This document shows positions 10,271 through 19,679 of a DNA stretch of 64,000 nucleotides, in pieces (position 1 is the stretch's first letter; the number at the start of each line of letters is the position of its first letter). The notes beneath the pieces were generated by a model. The model saw only the letters and a list, made by a program, of their open reading frames with translations. It was not told the DNA's origin and made no database searches. Made by a program: the position numbers and the translations under genes. The DNA lies in the IMG/VR virus record IMGVR_UViG_3300042298_003052, positions 32,001 to 96,000 of that record; one strand, given 5' to 3'. The DNA is from a virus.

Positions 10271-10629
10271 TGGATGACCATTTTGATATTGATGTTCTAA
10301 ATAAAAGGATCGCTGATTTACAACAACATGAGAAACGCCTTCACGATTTAAGAACTAAAGCTTATACAACCCTTGCGCGTTTACACACGTTTCTAAAAAG
10401 AGGACGGCCCACATTCAGCGAAAACGAGAATAAGATATTAATATATCTTGTCAACATGGGATTGGATGGTGAATTGTCTAGGAACAATGTTTGCTGTTTT
10501 GTCGAGACGGTTTCTCTTAATATGAGAATGTTGTCGAACTCTGATATGGCAGAACAAAACGGAGAATGTGTCGTTTTTACTAATGTAAGAGCGATCGAAC
10601 GAATCTTAGATACTACTCGTGTAGGTTAA
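10270..10629 (+). CDS. Hypothetical protein
   Basis: In-frame GTG at 10270 overlaps the upstream TAG (ORF track start 10219). Confidence 0.55.
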   Translation: MDDHFDIDVLNKRIADLQQHEKRLHDLRTKAYTTLARLHTFLKRGRPTFSENENKILIYLVNMGLDGELSRNNVCCFVETVSLNMRMLSNSDMAEQNGECVVFTNVRAIERILDTTRVG

Positions 10630-10636
10630 AAGAAAC

Positions 10637-11653
10637 ATGAAAAAAAGAAAAAGTCTATTTTCTCCTGCTGTAGGAGGAAAATCTAGCGTCACTAAATATC
10701 CTGTGGACGATTATCGATATTACCGATATATCGTAGAACCGTTTGTGCATTCAGGACCAGTGACAGTCGATCGTCTTTTGAAATTCGGTAAACCTATTGG
10801 ATCTCGATTTGCTGTCGTAGCGGACGCTGATCCTACGATTGTTGCTATTTGGTGGGTATGGCAAGATCCCGTGAAACGTCAAAATTGCGATCAATTTATA
10901 AAACATTATTCTGATCGCGTAGTTGAGTTTGCTCAATCTGGCGTTACTAGAGAGACACTAAAAGATCGCATTAAACTCGTTAATTTTTTCGACGAGCTGA
11001 AATATAATTTCGAGAATCCTTATAGTGTTACTTTTGAACATTTAGCAGCCGTAAGTCTCGTACTAAGAAAGTTAGTTTTTGGTGGCGTTGTTAGATGTAA
11101 CACGTTGGGTAAATTAAATGTAGCGGTTAGTTACGATAAATTGATCGCTTTCCCCAACTGGCAACATAAATGGATTGATTTAGATCCGCTGTGTGAAGTT
11201 AAGATCGAATCTGATTACAAGAACTGTTTTACTACAGATTTTGAATTCAGTGATAGTAGTTCGATTGACTGGAGTCAGACTTTAGTCTTTATAGACCCAC
11301 CTTATTACTTACCTTACGAACCTGGTACAAAACGTAAAGGTGTAGGTGCTATGACCCCTGCTTATCCTGGTCATAATGTTTCGGGGGAATACACTTACAA
11401 CTTGGCTTTTGATAGTGTGAAGTTGGCATTAGAACGTGGTGCTAAAAGAGTCGTACACACTAATTATTGGTGTAGAGACATGCAAAAAGCCATGGAATAT
11501 CTTTCTCACAGATATAATGTATCACTCCATACCACATTGATCGGTACATTAATTGGTATGAATCATTCTAGAAAGAATGTAACCAATAGGATAGAAACAG
11601 TTTGGGAGTTTGGAGGCGATCGCATGTTTCAACCAAAAAGGATTCCTCTATGA
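10637..11653 (+). CDS. D12/Dam-class N6-adenine DNA methyltransferase (divergent)
   Basis: GGKS, EPF, ADAD and FIDPPY motifs; motif I is degenerate (EPFVHSG). Confidence 0.75.
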   Translation: MKKRKSLFSPAVGGKSSVTKYPVDDYRYYRYIVEPFVHSGPVTVDRLLKFGKPIGSRFAVVADADPTIVAIWWVWQDPVKRQNCDQFIKHYSDRVVEFAQSGVTRETLKDRIKLVNFFDELKYNFENPYSVTFEHLAAVSLVLRKLVFGGVVRCNTLGKLNVAVSYDKLIAFPNWQHKWIDLDPLCEVKIESDYKNCFTTDFEFSDSSSIDWSQTLVFIDPPYYLPYEPGTKRKGVGAMTPAYPGHNVSGEYTYNLAFDSVKLALERGAKRVVHTNYWCRDMQKAMEYLSHRYNVSLHTTLIGTLIGMNHSRKNVTNRIETVWEFGGDRMFQPKRIPL

Positions 11654-11868
11654 GTAAAGATACTGTATACGAAAAACGAGTTGGGTCAGCATTCTACAGA
11701 ATCAAACAACAGAGGATTAAAGTAGGTAGTATATCAGAACTGTTGTCGTATACCGGAGCAGAGAAACTAGCTCCTGTCCCAGAGGTCTTTTTTAGCACTA
11801 GTAATAGCCCTAGTGTTAAGGAATTGTTGTCCAAAATAAACCATTATATCAAGACTCAAAATGACTAA
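11650..11868 (+). CDS. Hypothetical protein
   Basis: ATGA coupling to the upstream gene; overlaps the RNR start. Confidence 0.5.
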   Translation: MSKDTVYEKRVGSAFYRIKQQRIKVGSISELLSYTGAEKLAPVPEVFFSTSNSPSVKELLSKINHYIKTQND

Positions 11869-13228
11869 ATTACCAGCGCATGTAGCCGTCACAGGTCGTG
11901 TAAAAGATTGGTTGAAAGATCCTGAAAGCCGACTACCCGTGTCTTGTACTGTATTCCATGTCAAAGACTCCATGGAGGGTAAAGACGGTATAGAAGATTC
12001 TTGGATCTTCACATCAAGAGCCTTAAGGAATGCCGCTGGTGTGGCGATCGATCTGAGCGATCTACGTCCTTCTGGTACATCTAACGGTAAAGGTTTAGTA
12101 GCTTCTGGACCTTGTTCTTTCGCTGCTGTTTACTCCGGACTAAACGAACTTCTTCGTAGAGGCGGAGCTTTTCGCAATGGCGCTATCACCTTATATTTAG
12201 ATTATGATCATCCAGATATTGAACAATATTTGGATCTAAGTTTAGATATTATTCCTTGGGCAAAAAGAGCTGTATATGTCGATGAGAATCTGATGCAGTC
12301 TCCTCACATCGACAAGATTGTTAAACGAGTTAGAGATGGTTCTATTTGGTTAGCCAAAAAATCATACGATCGCCAAGGTCGTCGTTTATACTCTAACGTA
12401 TGTATGGAAATTCTTCTGTTATCTAGAGGAACCTGTTTACTGTCTCATGGCAATTTAGGATCTGTTACTGTATCAGAAATTCCTCAGATGTTTGAGAAAG
12501 GTATGCAGTTTCTATGTGAACTTCATTCTAAAACAGGAGTGGGCGATTCTGGTATATATCTTACTCCTGAAGAAGATCGTCAAGTAGGATTCGGTGTTAT
12601 TGGTTTATCCAACCTACTGGCATTGGAGAATGTCAAATACGCTGACTTTGTAGACGCTCTAGAAAAAGTTTTGGGTTATGGTAAGGAAACACCTTCTGAA
12701 CCTGCTTATGCGATCGCTTGTGCGTTACTAGAAGGGTATTCTAGAGCCGCGATCGTGGCCAGGGCACATAACATGGAAAGAGCTTTTACCATCGCTCCTA
12801 CGGCCACCTGTAGCTATAAGTATCGCGATCGTGATGGTTATACTACTGCCCCAGAGATCAGTCCTGTAAACTGTCACCCCATATCGAAAACTCTTGTTAG
12901 AGAGTCAGAAACAATGCCAGATGTCACCTATGAGTATCATCCCAATTGTGAAACAACCACAGACATTTCTTGGGATGTTCAGTATAGGCTAATGAAAGCT
13001 TGGCAGATGTTGATGAACACAACTGGGTTAGCTCATGCGATCTCATTTAATATTTGGGATAAAGCTAATCTAGATAAAGAATTCATTCAAAACTGGTTAA
13101 AGTCACCCCTTCTAACCACTTACTACTCCTTGAAAACTCAACAATTCGCCCTTGATAAATCTCAAATCGCTTTAGCAGGAGAATCCTGTGGATTAACTCC
13201 TGATATGTGTACATCCTGTTCTGAATAA
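11861..13228 (+). CDS. nrdA: Ribonucleotide reductase large subunit, minimal cyanophage type
   Basis: SRLPVSC, LSDLRP, ASGP, NVCME, TIAPTA, HAISFN, TYY and C-terminal CTSCSE. Confidence 0.9.
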   Translation: MTKLPAHVAVTGRVKDWLKDPESRLPVSCTVFHVKDSMEGKDGIEDSWIFTSRALRNAAGVAIDLSDLRPSGTSNGKGLVASGPCSFAAVYSGLNELLRRGGAFRNGAITLYLDYDHPDIEQYLDLSLDIIPWAKRAVYVDENLMQSPHIDKIVKRVRDGSIWLAKKSYDRQGRRLYSNVCMEILLLSRGTCLLSHGNLGSVTVSEIPQMFEKGMQFLCELHSKTGVGDSGIYLTPEEDRQVGFGVIGLSNLLALENVKYADFVDALEKVLGYGKETPSEPAYAIACALLEGYSRAAIVARAHNMERAFTIAPTATCSYKYRDRDGYTTAPEISPVNCHPISKTLVRESETMPDVTYEYHPNCETTTDISWDVQYRLMKAWQMLMNTTGLAHAISFNIWDKANLDKEFIQNWLKSPLLTTYYSLKTQQFALDKSQIALAGESCGLTPDMCTSCSE

Positions 13229-13239
13229 TCGAGGTTATT

Positions 13240-13971
13240 ATGACCATTACCAGTTTTTACGATTCTCAACTGAATAAAAAAGTGTCTTGGAGTGTTGTCA
13301 AAGGAACTGCCGGTCCTATTCTATCGGGAGCTGAAAATGCGATCGCTAGGGCTTTGGAATTACGCATTCTAGAGTTGGAAGTAGAAGCGTTTCTAAGAGA
13401 TGGATCCATCAGGGAAGTTAATAAATTAACTGATGACATGAGATCTATCATTTTCTCTAATATGGAAGATGAACGAAAGCATGATGAAGCCCTAAATCAT
13501 GCTGCTAATGTTTATAAATTAGCATCTCCTGACGATACTAAAGATGCACAGGCGATCGCCCAAGAATGGATTAATCACCCTGATCATCCTATTCTTAAAA
13601 CTGCGGTGTTAGAACGCAGTGTATTTTTCGTTCTTTTACCAATGTTCAGATTTCTCACCTCTGGTTGTCTAAAGGCTACCAGCCAAGATATTAGTAATGA
13701 CGAAAACGTTCATGCTGCCGCTCATACTCAGATGGCGATCGACTTAGGCTTGACAGTATCACCAAGTTTGAATAAACTGAGGAAAGATACTGTAGAATGG
13801 GTTGTAGAACATTTGGACGCCGATGGTAAGTGGGGGAATCCTGATCTCTGGAGGCGATCTTCAGATATGCTGTTTAGCAGAGGAATAGCTCCCGAGCTAG
13901 CTCAAACGTCAAGCTATTCTATGCCTGCATTTTTTGAGAAAGACAACCGTAACTTACCATCTTACGGTTAA
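13240..13971 (+). CDS. nrdB: Ribonucleotide reductase small subunit (ferritin-like)
   Basis: Dimetal ligand pattern ELEVE..DERKH..LER..DENVH; directly follows the large subunit. Confidence 0.8.
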   Translation: MTITSFYDSQLNKKVSWSVVKGTAGPILSGAENAIARALELRILELEVEAFLRDGSIREVNKLTDDMRSIIFSNMEDERKHDEALNHAANVYKLASPDDTKDAQAIAQEWINHPDHPILKTAVLERSVFFVLLPMFRFLTSGCLKATSQDISNDENVHAAAHTQMAIDLGLTVSPSLNKLRKDTVEWVVEHLDADGKWGNPDLWRRSSDMLFSRGIAPELAQTSSYSMPAFFEKDNRNLPSYG

Positions 13972-14002
13972 ATAACGTTCATAAAAAAGGAGATCTTTTA
14001 TA

Positions 14003-14722
14003 ATGCCTAATCGTGAAATCGAACTAAAGTTTCCTGTATCTAACAAATTTGTTCACGATTTCGTTAAAGGACATTCGGATACAGCTCCTACAATGCAGAA
14101 AAATCATTATTTTTCTAGCGATCAACCTAAGGTTTCTTTAAGGACTCGCGCAACGCTTTACTTACATCAGGTTTCAGGACTTGATTGGAATCCAGAAGCT
14201 TGGGTAGATGTTCATACTGGAATTAGCTACTTTGAGGATTGTCTAGATATAGAATTGATCGGTAAGAAAGGTGCTGATCCTATTAACGGAACAGATCGCA
14301 TTGAATATTCTTATTTAATGCGCGATGACGTAGGATCTATTGAAGATCTAGACAAACTCGTTATAGATATTCTTGGACATTCTGTGTTTGCCAATTGGGC
14401 TAGGATTCGATATCACGTACAAAAATACTGCCATGTGTTAAAACATGAATTTCCTGTTTATCTAGATATCAATTCTGGTTATGGTCCCATTTTAGAAATT
14501 GAAGGACCATCTGAAGAAGATATTCTCGCTTTTGCTAAAGACTCGTTTGGTCTTACTTATTACTTGACTTCTGAGAATTTGAAAGATTTTACGAGTGAAT
14601 ATGTTAGGAATTGGTCTTACTACTACGAATCGTTTTTAGATGATAAACGAGAAGTACTTGAAGCTCGTCTATCCTTAGATAAAGAATTGCTAGAAAATAA
14701 TCTCAATAACTATGGTGAATAG
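14003..14722 (+). CDS. CYTH / triphosphate tunnel metalloenzyme family protein
   Basis: N-terminal EIELKF (ExExK), Q.NHYF, LRTR, RIE, YLD, LEIEG. Confidence 0.75.
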   Translation: MPNREIELKFPVSNKFVHDFVKGHSDTAPTMQKNHYFSSDQPKVSLRTRATLYLHQVSGLDWNPEAWVDVHTGISYFEDCLDIELIGKKGADPINGTDRIEYSYLMRDDVGSIEDLDKLVIDILGHSVFANWARIRYHVQKYCHVLKHEFPVYLDINSGYGPILEIEGPSEEDILAFAKDSFGLTYYLTSENLKDFTSEYVRNWSYYYESFLDDKREVLEARLSLDKELLENNLNNYGE

Positions 14723-15611
14723 CATGAATATCGAGCAACAGTACTTACAAGCTTTGCGCGATCTAAAAAACCATGGTCAGAAAAAACTTTTGTTTAATTC
14801 TGAGCTTGGTAAAGAGGATCCTAACAAGTATATTTTGTCTTTAGTAGGACGAGTTTTCCATCACCGAACCGATAATGGTTTTCCTTTGTACACTTCTAAA
14901 TTCGTTTATTGGAAAGGTGCTATTGCTGAAATGCTTTGGTTCCTTTCTGGTAATAGCGATCTAAGTGTACTAAATGAAATGAATGTACACATCTGGGACG
15001 ATTGGGGTGGTGATAAACAAGATACAAAGCTCAAATTGCACTACACCAATATTACCAATTGGAGAGGTACAGACTTAGATCAAACTGAATGGATCTTAGA
15101 GAATTTACCTAAGAAACCATATCGTAAAAGTTATATCGTCACTTATTTGGATCCCGAAACCACTTATCAAATGGCTGATATAACTGGCCAAAAATCCGTC
15201 GATATCGTAGCGTGTCATTATTCACACCATGTTTTATGTCAGAGTCCTAATCAACTCACTCTGACAGTATCTATTAGATCGCAAGATATGTTTCTAGGGA
15301 ATCCTTTTAACGTAGCCCAATATGCTGCACTACTAGAGATGTATTGTCTGTGTCTATCTAATAGAACAGGTGAAAAATGGACCTCTGACCAACTGATTGT
15401 CAATTGTACAGGTGATTATCATATCTACAGCGATCAATTTGATCAGATTGATGAACAATTGAACAATGAGACATATCTGTTTCCTACTTTATCTATTGTC
15501 AATCGAGGACAAACGTCATTAAGAGACTTTGTTCTGTCAGATTTCAACGTGTCTGATTACAACCATTCAGGTAAAATCCCTGCTAAAGTATATTTGGCTG
15601 GAGGATATTAA
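14712..15611 (+). CDS. thyA: Thymidylate synthase (ThyA family, divergent)
   Basis: GFPLYTSK, EMLWFLSG, HIWDDW, ACH, RSQDMFLGNPFNVAQY, DYHIY; start may be ATG 14724. Confidence 0.88.
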   Translation: MVNSMNIEQQYLQALRDLKNHGQKKLLFNSELGKEDPNKYILSLVGRVFHHRTDNGFPLYTSKFVYWKGAIAEMLWFLSGNSDLSVLNEMNVHIWDDWGGDKQDTKLKLHYTNITNWRGTDLDQTEWILENLPKKPYRKSYIVTYLDPETTYQMADITGQKSVDIVACHYSHHVLCQSPNQLTLTVSIRSQDMFLGNPFNVAQYAALLEMYCLCLSNRTGEKWTSDQLIVNCTGDYHIYSDQFDQIDEQLNNETYLFPTLSIVNRGQTSLRDFVLSDFNVSDYNHSGKIPAKVYLAGGY

Positions 15612-16076
15612 ATGAAGGTGTTGTTATCTGTTTCTCCCAACTGGGGAATAGGCACTGTTGACGGAAATCTGCTTTATAAGAACTCTATGGATATGCAGAT
15701 ATTCAAAGGGTTGACTCAAAAGTGCGATATTATAGCAGGTCGTAAGACCGCAGAGACCATGATCGGAGGTCTAAAAAATCGTAGATGTTTCGCTATAGCA
15801 CAAAATCATATACACGGATGGACTTCTGTGACGTATGAATACGCAAAAGATGTGTATCCAGAGGCTTGGGTTATTGGAGGGGCGTTTACCGTAGATTCGT
15901 TATTACCTTATATAACAGAGTTTTGGATCTCATTTTTTCAAGACAAACCTGATGTTCCAGATAATAAACAGATCATACATTTATCTGATAAAACAGTTGA
16001 TGTTATCAATAAATGTAGAAGATTTGTTCTTTTTGAAAACCAACAATTTGTTTTTGAACGTTTAATTGTAATTTGA
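15612..16076 (+). CDS. folA: Dihydrofolate reductase
   Basis: GIG..GNL, DMQIFKGLT, GRKT, LKNR, VIGGA; abuts thyA. Confidence 0.85.
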   Translation: MKVLLSVSPNWGIGTVDGNLLYKNSMDMQIFKGLTQKCDIIAGRKTAETMIGGLKNRRCFAIAQNHIHGWTSVTYEYAKDVYPEAWVIGGAFTVDSLLPYITEFWISFFQDKPDVPDNKQIIHLSDKTVDVINKCRRFVLFENQQFVFERLIVI

Positions 16077-16079
16077 AAT

Positions 16080-16541
16080 ATGGGCGGTTCATCTTCTAGA
16101 AACAAAGGTAGTGCAGCAGAACGATCGCTAAGAGGATTTTTCTCAGATCATTTAGGCTGGTATCTACAAAAAAATGGATCTCAGTCTAATTTAGGAGGTT
16201 ATGATTGCACATTATTAGACGTACCTAATGGCCGTTTAATGGTACCTTTTGCCTTAGAGTTTAAGCATCATAAGACTCCTAACGTACAAGCTTGGTGGAA
16301 ACAGACAGTAGATCAAGCTCAAAAGACTAAATTTATACCCGTATTGTTTCACAGAGGAGACAATCAACCATGGAAGATTGTAATACCATCATATCTTCAA
16401 ACAGGTCGTAAACGTGAGGTAGACCCTTTAGATTGGAATTGGTTAGTAACACTGGAATCTAAAGATCGCCCCTACGGATTGACTTGTTCTTTACTTTTTG
16501 TGGAGTTATGTAGAGAAAATGCCATAAACTATACAAATTGA
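16080..16541 (+). CDS. PD-(D/E)xK nuclease, probable Holliday junction resolvase
   Basis: SRNKGSAAER, GYD, LEFK, WWKQ..QA, PVLFHR..PW. Confidence 0.75.
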   Translation: MGGSSSRNKGSAAERSLRGFFSDHLGWYLQKNGSQSNLGGYDCTLLDVPNGRLMVPFALEFKHHKTPNVQAWWKQTVDQAQKTKFIPVLFHRGDNQPWKIVIPSYLQTGRKREVDPLDWNWLVTLESKDRPYGLTCSLLFVELCRENAINYTN

Positions 16542-16585
16542 TTCAATCGTGTTAAGATCATATCAGTTAGCAAGGAGAATCCTAT

Positions 16586-16948
16586 ATGACTAATGTTATC
16601 CCTCTAGAACTCGTCGATCGAACCCCATTGGTGAATGTAAACTACAGCGGTAGTCCTCTACAACTGTCATCTGAAGCCTTGAGGAACATGTACGATCTAG
16701 GTTTATTGACTGCTAGACCGTATGCTATTCTTGCGATCCTTTTTGATGGCGTAGGAAAAGATGAAGAAGAGGCATTTGACATCGAGGACTTTATCGATCG
16801 CTGGGAAGGAACAGAAAACGATAAAGGTAAATCGAAACGATTGAAAACTGATGATATTATCGTGGCACTCAATAAGTTGCAATCGCTAGGTTACGGTAAG
16901 GTGAAATTGGTGCCTCATGTGAAACTAGACATAGATTCTATTCTGTAG
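16586..16948 (+). CDS. Hypothetical protein
   Basis: AAGGAG RBS; followed by a terminator. Confidence 0.65.
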   Translation: MTNVIPLELVDRTPLVNVNYSGSPLQLSSEALRNMYDLGLLTARPYAILAILFDGVGKDEEEAFDIEDFIDRWEGTENDKGKSKRLKTDDIIVALNKLQSLGYGKVKLVPHVKLDIDSIL

Positions 16949-16993
16949 TAGAATAAGAGTCGTGGTAGGTTGAAAGGTGTTGTATTAATCCGT

Positions 16994-17027
16994 AGCTGGT
17001 CTAGACCTATCTCTAGATCAGCTTTTT
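16994..17027 (+). terminator. Rho-independent terminator
   Basis: AGCTGGTCTAGA-loop-TCTAGATCAGCT followed by a T-tract. Confidence 0.7.
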
Positions 17028-17045
17028 CTTAAAGGAGTTATATCT

Positions 17046-17747
17046 ATGCAATATATGGGAAGCAAAAATAGATTGGCTAAACATCTGTTACCTGTAATGT
17101 TACCTTATCGAAAGAATTCTGAACAATGCTGGATAGAACCGTTTGTTGGTGGTGCCAATATGATCGATAAGATAGCGGGCGATCGTCTTGGTAATGATAA
17201 TCATCCTTTTCTGATCGCACTATTACAAGCTGTATCTCAAGGATACGATCCCCCTTCTGTTGTTACTAAAGATGAATACTATCGCGTAAAAAGTAATCCT
17301 AATGATTACCCTAGTGAATATGTTGGTTTCGTTGGATTTCTTTGTAGTTTTGGTTACAAATGGTGGGGAGGTTATGCTTTTAACAAAGAAGGTCGGAACT
17401 ATGCTGAAAAAGGGCGAAATGCTTTATTAAAACAAGCTCCTAATATTAAAGGCGTTAAGTTTCAATGTCAGAATTATCTAGAGTTAATCATACCTAATAA
17501 TAGTATCGTATACTGCGATCCTCCGTATCAGAAGAGTTCTGGTTATCATACCGATTTTGATCATCAGATATTTTGGGATTGGTGCAGATCGTTAGTACAA
17601 AATAACAATATCGTGTTTGTTAGTGAGTATTCAGCACCGGATGATTTTGTTTGTACTAAAGAAATTGTGTACGAAACCAATCTAAATAAAAATGGTAAAT
17701 CACCAAGAATCGAACGACTATTCCTACATAGGTCTCAGATCGCTTGA
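17046..17747 (+). CDS. D12/Dam-class N6-adenine DNA methyltransferase
   Basis: MQYMGSK, EPFVGG, YCDPPY, VSEY; AAGGAG RBS. Confidence 0.9.
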   Translation: MQYMGSKNRLAKHLLPVMLPYRKNSEQCWIEPFVGGANMIDKIAGDRLGNDNHPFLIALLQAVSQGYDPPSVVTKDEYYRVKSNPNDYPSEYVGFVGFLCSFGYKWWGGYAFNKEGRNYAEKGRNALLKQAPNIKGVKFQCQNYLELIIPNNSIVYCDPPYQKSSGYHTDFDHQIFWDWCRSLVQNNNIVFVSEYSAPDDFVCTKEIVYETNLNKNGKSPRIERLFLHRSQIA

Positions 17748-18814
17748 GGTTTACCGTATAGCCAACCTTGACCATATATAACACCATTATCGATTAACCA
17801 TGAAGCGTCTTCTTCCTTTTCTATACCTTCTGCTATTATTTCCATATTCATAGCTTTTGCCAACGTTATCACAGTTTTAACAACTGATTGATTGGTTATA
17901 TCTTTACTAACACCATCTATAAAGGAGCGATCTATTTTTATATAGTTAGCAGAAGATGTTTTTAGTGAACTCATATTACTTTCTCCTGTGCCAAAGTCAT
18001 CTAGTAATATGTCATGTCCTAATAATCGCAATCTAGATAATTTTGGAACAATAGGTTCTTCAAGAGCATATCGTTCAGTTATTTCCAACTGTAGACGACT
18101 TCTGTTTATATTGTACTTATCTATAATATGATTGAACTGACACTCGAACATAGCCGTACATACTGTAAGAGGAGACAAATTGATGGCTATGTGTAGATGC
18201 TTTTTAAGATCATCATTAGACCATTTTTTTAGAATAATACAAGCTTCCTCTACTACCATGTTACAGAAACTTACCATCAGTCCTGTAGTTTCTAGAACAG
18301 GTATAAAATCATTTGGATACCTAATGCGATCGCCGTCTAACCATCTTACCAAAGCCTCATAACCTACTATCGTCTTATTGTTTATATTAACTATAGGTTG
18401 AAGATAAAGACTAAATTGTTTGTCTATTAAAGCCTTTTCTACATCGTTCATTAACTTTTGACTGTCAGCGTTTAACATTATTCTTTTTATAAGTTCCAAT
18501 GTTATTATAAATTCAGACGAATTTACTTGTCGTATATCGAGATTATATTCTCCCTTTTCAGTGTAATATTTTCTACTTCTATAAATATTTTTATTCTTTA
18601 TGAAATCGTTGTATATATCGTATACACTATCAGAATCTATTTCAATATTAGAGTAAACACATTTTATAATGTTTTTGTTCACTCTATATAAACCAAAAGG
18701 TTTATCTATAGTGCTTATAATCGTCTTATAGTCTTTTATGTTTTTATAGAGCGAAAATAATATGGCGATCGCAAATAATATTAAAGACCCTTCTATACTA
18801 ATCAGCAACGGCAT
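17735..18814 (-). CDS. Membrane-anchored EAL-domain c-di-GMP phosphodiesterase
   Basis: N-terminal hydrophobic helix; YLQPIV, YEALVRW, FIP, INLS, LEITE, LDDFGTG, KID, AEGIE, QG motifs all present. Confidence 0.9.
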   Translation of the reverse strand: MPLLISIEGSLILFAIAILFSLYKNIKDYKTIISTIDKPFGLYRVNKNIIKCVYSNIEIDSDSVYDIYNDFIKNKNIYRSRKYYTEKGEYNLDIRQVNSSEFIITLELIKRIMLNADSQKLMNDVEKALIDKQFSLYLQPIVNINNKTIVGYEALVRWLDGDRIRYPNDFIPVLETTGLMVSFCNMVVEEACIILKKWSNDDLKKHLHIAINLSPLTVCTAMFECQFNHIIDKYNINRSRLQLEITERYALEEPIVPKLSRLRLLGHDILLDDFGTGESNMSSLKTSSANYIKIDRSFIDGVSKDITNQSVVKTVITLAKAMNMEIIAEGIEKEEDASWLIDNGVIYGQGWLYGKPQAI

Positions 18815-19292
18815 TTGTTCTTAACCTACAATCCATTAATGGGAGTTTTAACCAACTACTCACTGATTTTGTGCCTATTGCTAACCATTGTGCAGAAGGG
18901 TCTGATTTTCCTCTAACACTATGGTGACGTATATATACTCGCCAAGTCTTTTCTGGTTTATCGTCAAGTAGTACAAAATACAACCCTGGCAATAAATACA
19001 AAGATCCAATAGTTACAGGCTGTGGTATTATACCTAGCGCGGGTCTTCTTTTATATTCTGGTAATATTTGAGACGGACACCAACCTTTATTATTCTCTGG
19101 TGGTATGATTGAATAAGATATCCAATTTTCTTCTCTACTTAGCCATCTATATCCAGTGTAAAAAGAAATCAGAAATTCACTACGTCTTTCTTTAAAACCA
19201 TAACTAAGGCGCATAGAAAGATCTCGTCTTATTAGACAAGGAGTGTATCCACTAGGAGGATTCTTTATAGATACAAACTCCATGGCTATCAT
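18798..19292 (-). CDS. Hypothetical protein
   Basis: ORF overlapping the EAL gene start; no motif recognised. Confidence 0.5.
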   Translation of the reverse strand: MIAMEFVSIKNPPSGYTPCLIRRDLSMRLSYGFKERRSEFLISFYTGYRWLSREENWISYSIIPPENNKGWCPSQILPEYKRRPALGIIPQPVTIGSLYLLPGLYFVLLDDKPEKTWRVYIRHHSVRGKSDPSAQWLAIGTKSVSSWLKLPLMDCRLRTNAVAD

Positions 19293-19355
19293 CTTAATAT
19301 ACCACCATTCTACATGGTATATAATTACATCGTATACACGCTAAGGTAATAGACA

Positions 19356-19592
19356 ATGGACCTAAAACATTTTAACGACCTTGCTGAGCCTATTATTATC
19401 GCAGCGATCGGAGCTGCTATTACTACAGGATTTCCTTTTCTGATTAAAATCAAAAACAAGATCGATAAAGTCGAAGATCTTGTCTCTACTATTCTATTGG
19501 CCCTTAAAGATGGTCAACTCAGCGATCAAGAAAAGAAAGTAGCCAAAGAGAAACTTGATTCCCTTGTCAATGATGATAATGCTGTGTTATGA
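19356..19592 (+). CDS. Small membrane protein (holin-like)
   Basis: 78 aa, one hydrophobic segment and a charged C-terminus. Confidence 0.45.
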   Translation: MDLKHFNDLAEPIIIAAIGAAITTGFPFLIKIKNKIDKVEDLVSTILLALKDGQLSDQEKKVAKEKLDSLVNDDNAVL

Positions 19593-19679
19593 TGCTATTG
19601 TTGCGGTGTATCGAGCCAAAAGATTAAGGTTTTCTCCTTTTCCCTGATCTTACGTCCTCGAAGCAACAGTATACCCTAC

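Noticed and set aside
5425-13228. Inteins or introns in DnaB, PolB or RNR
   Set aside because: Motif spacing is normal, with no intein termini or homing-endonuclease inserts seen
10637-17747. Restriction-modification system formed by the MTases and the PD-(D/E)xK nuclease
   Set aside because: The nuclease has resolvase-type motifs; orphan MTases are common in phages
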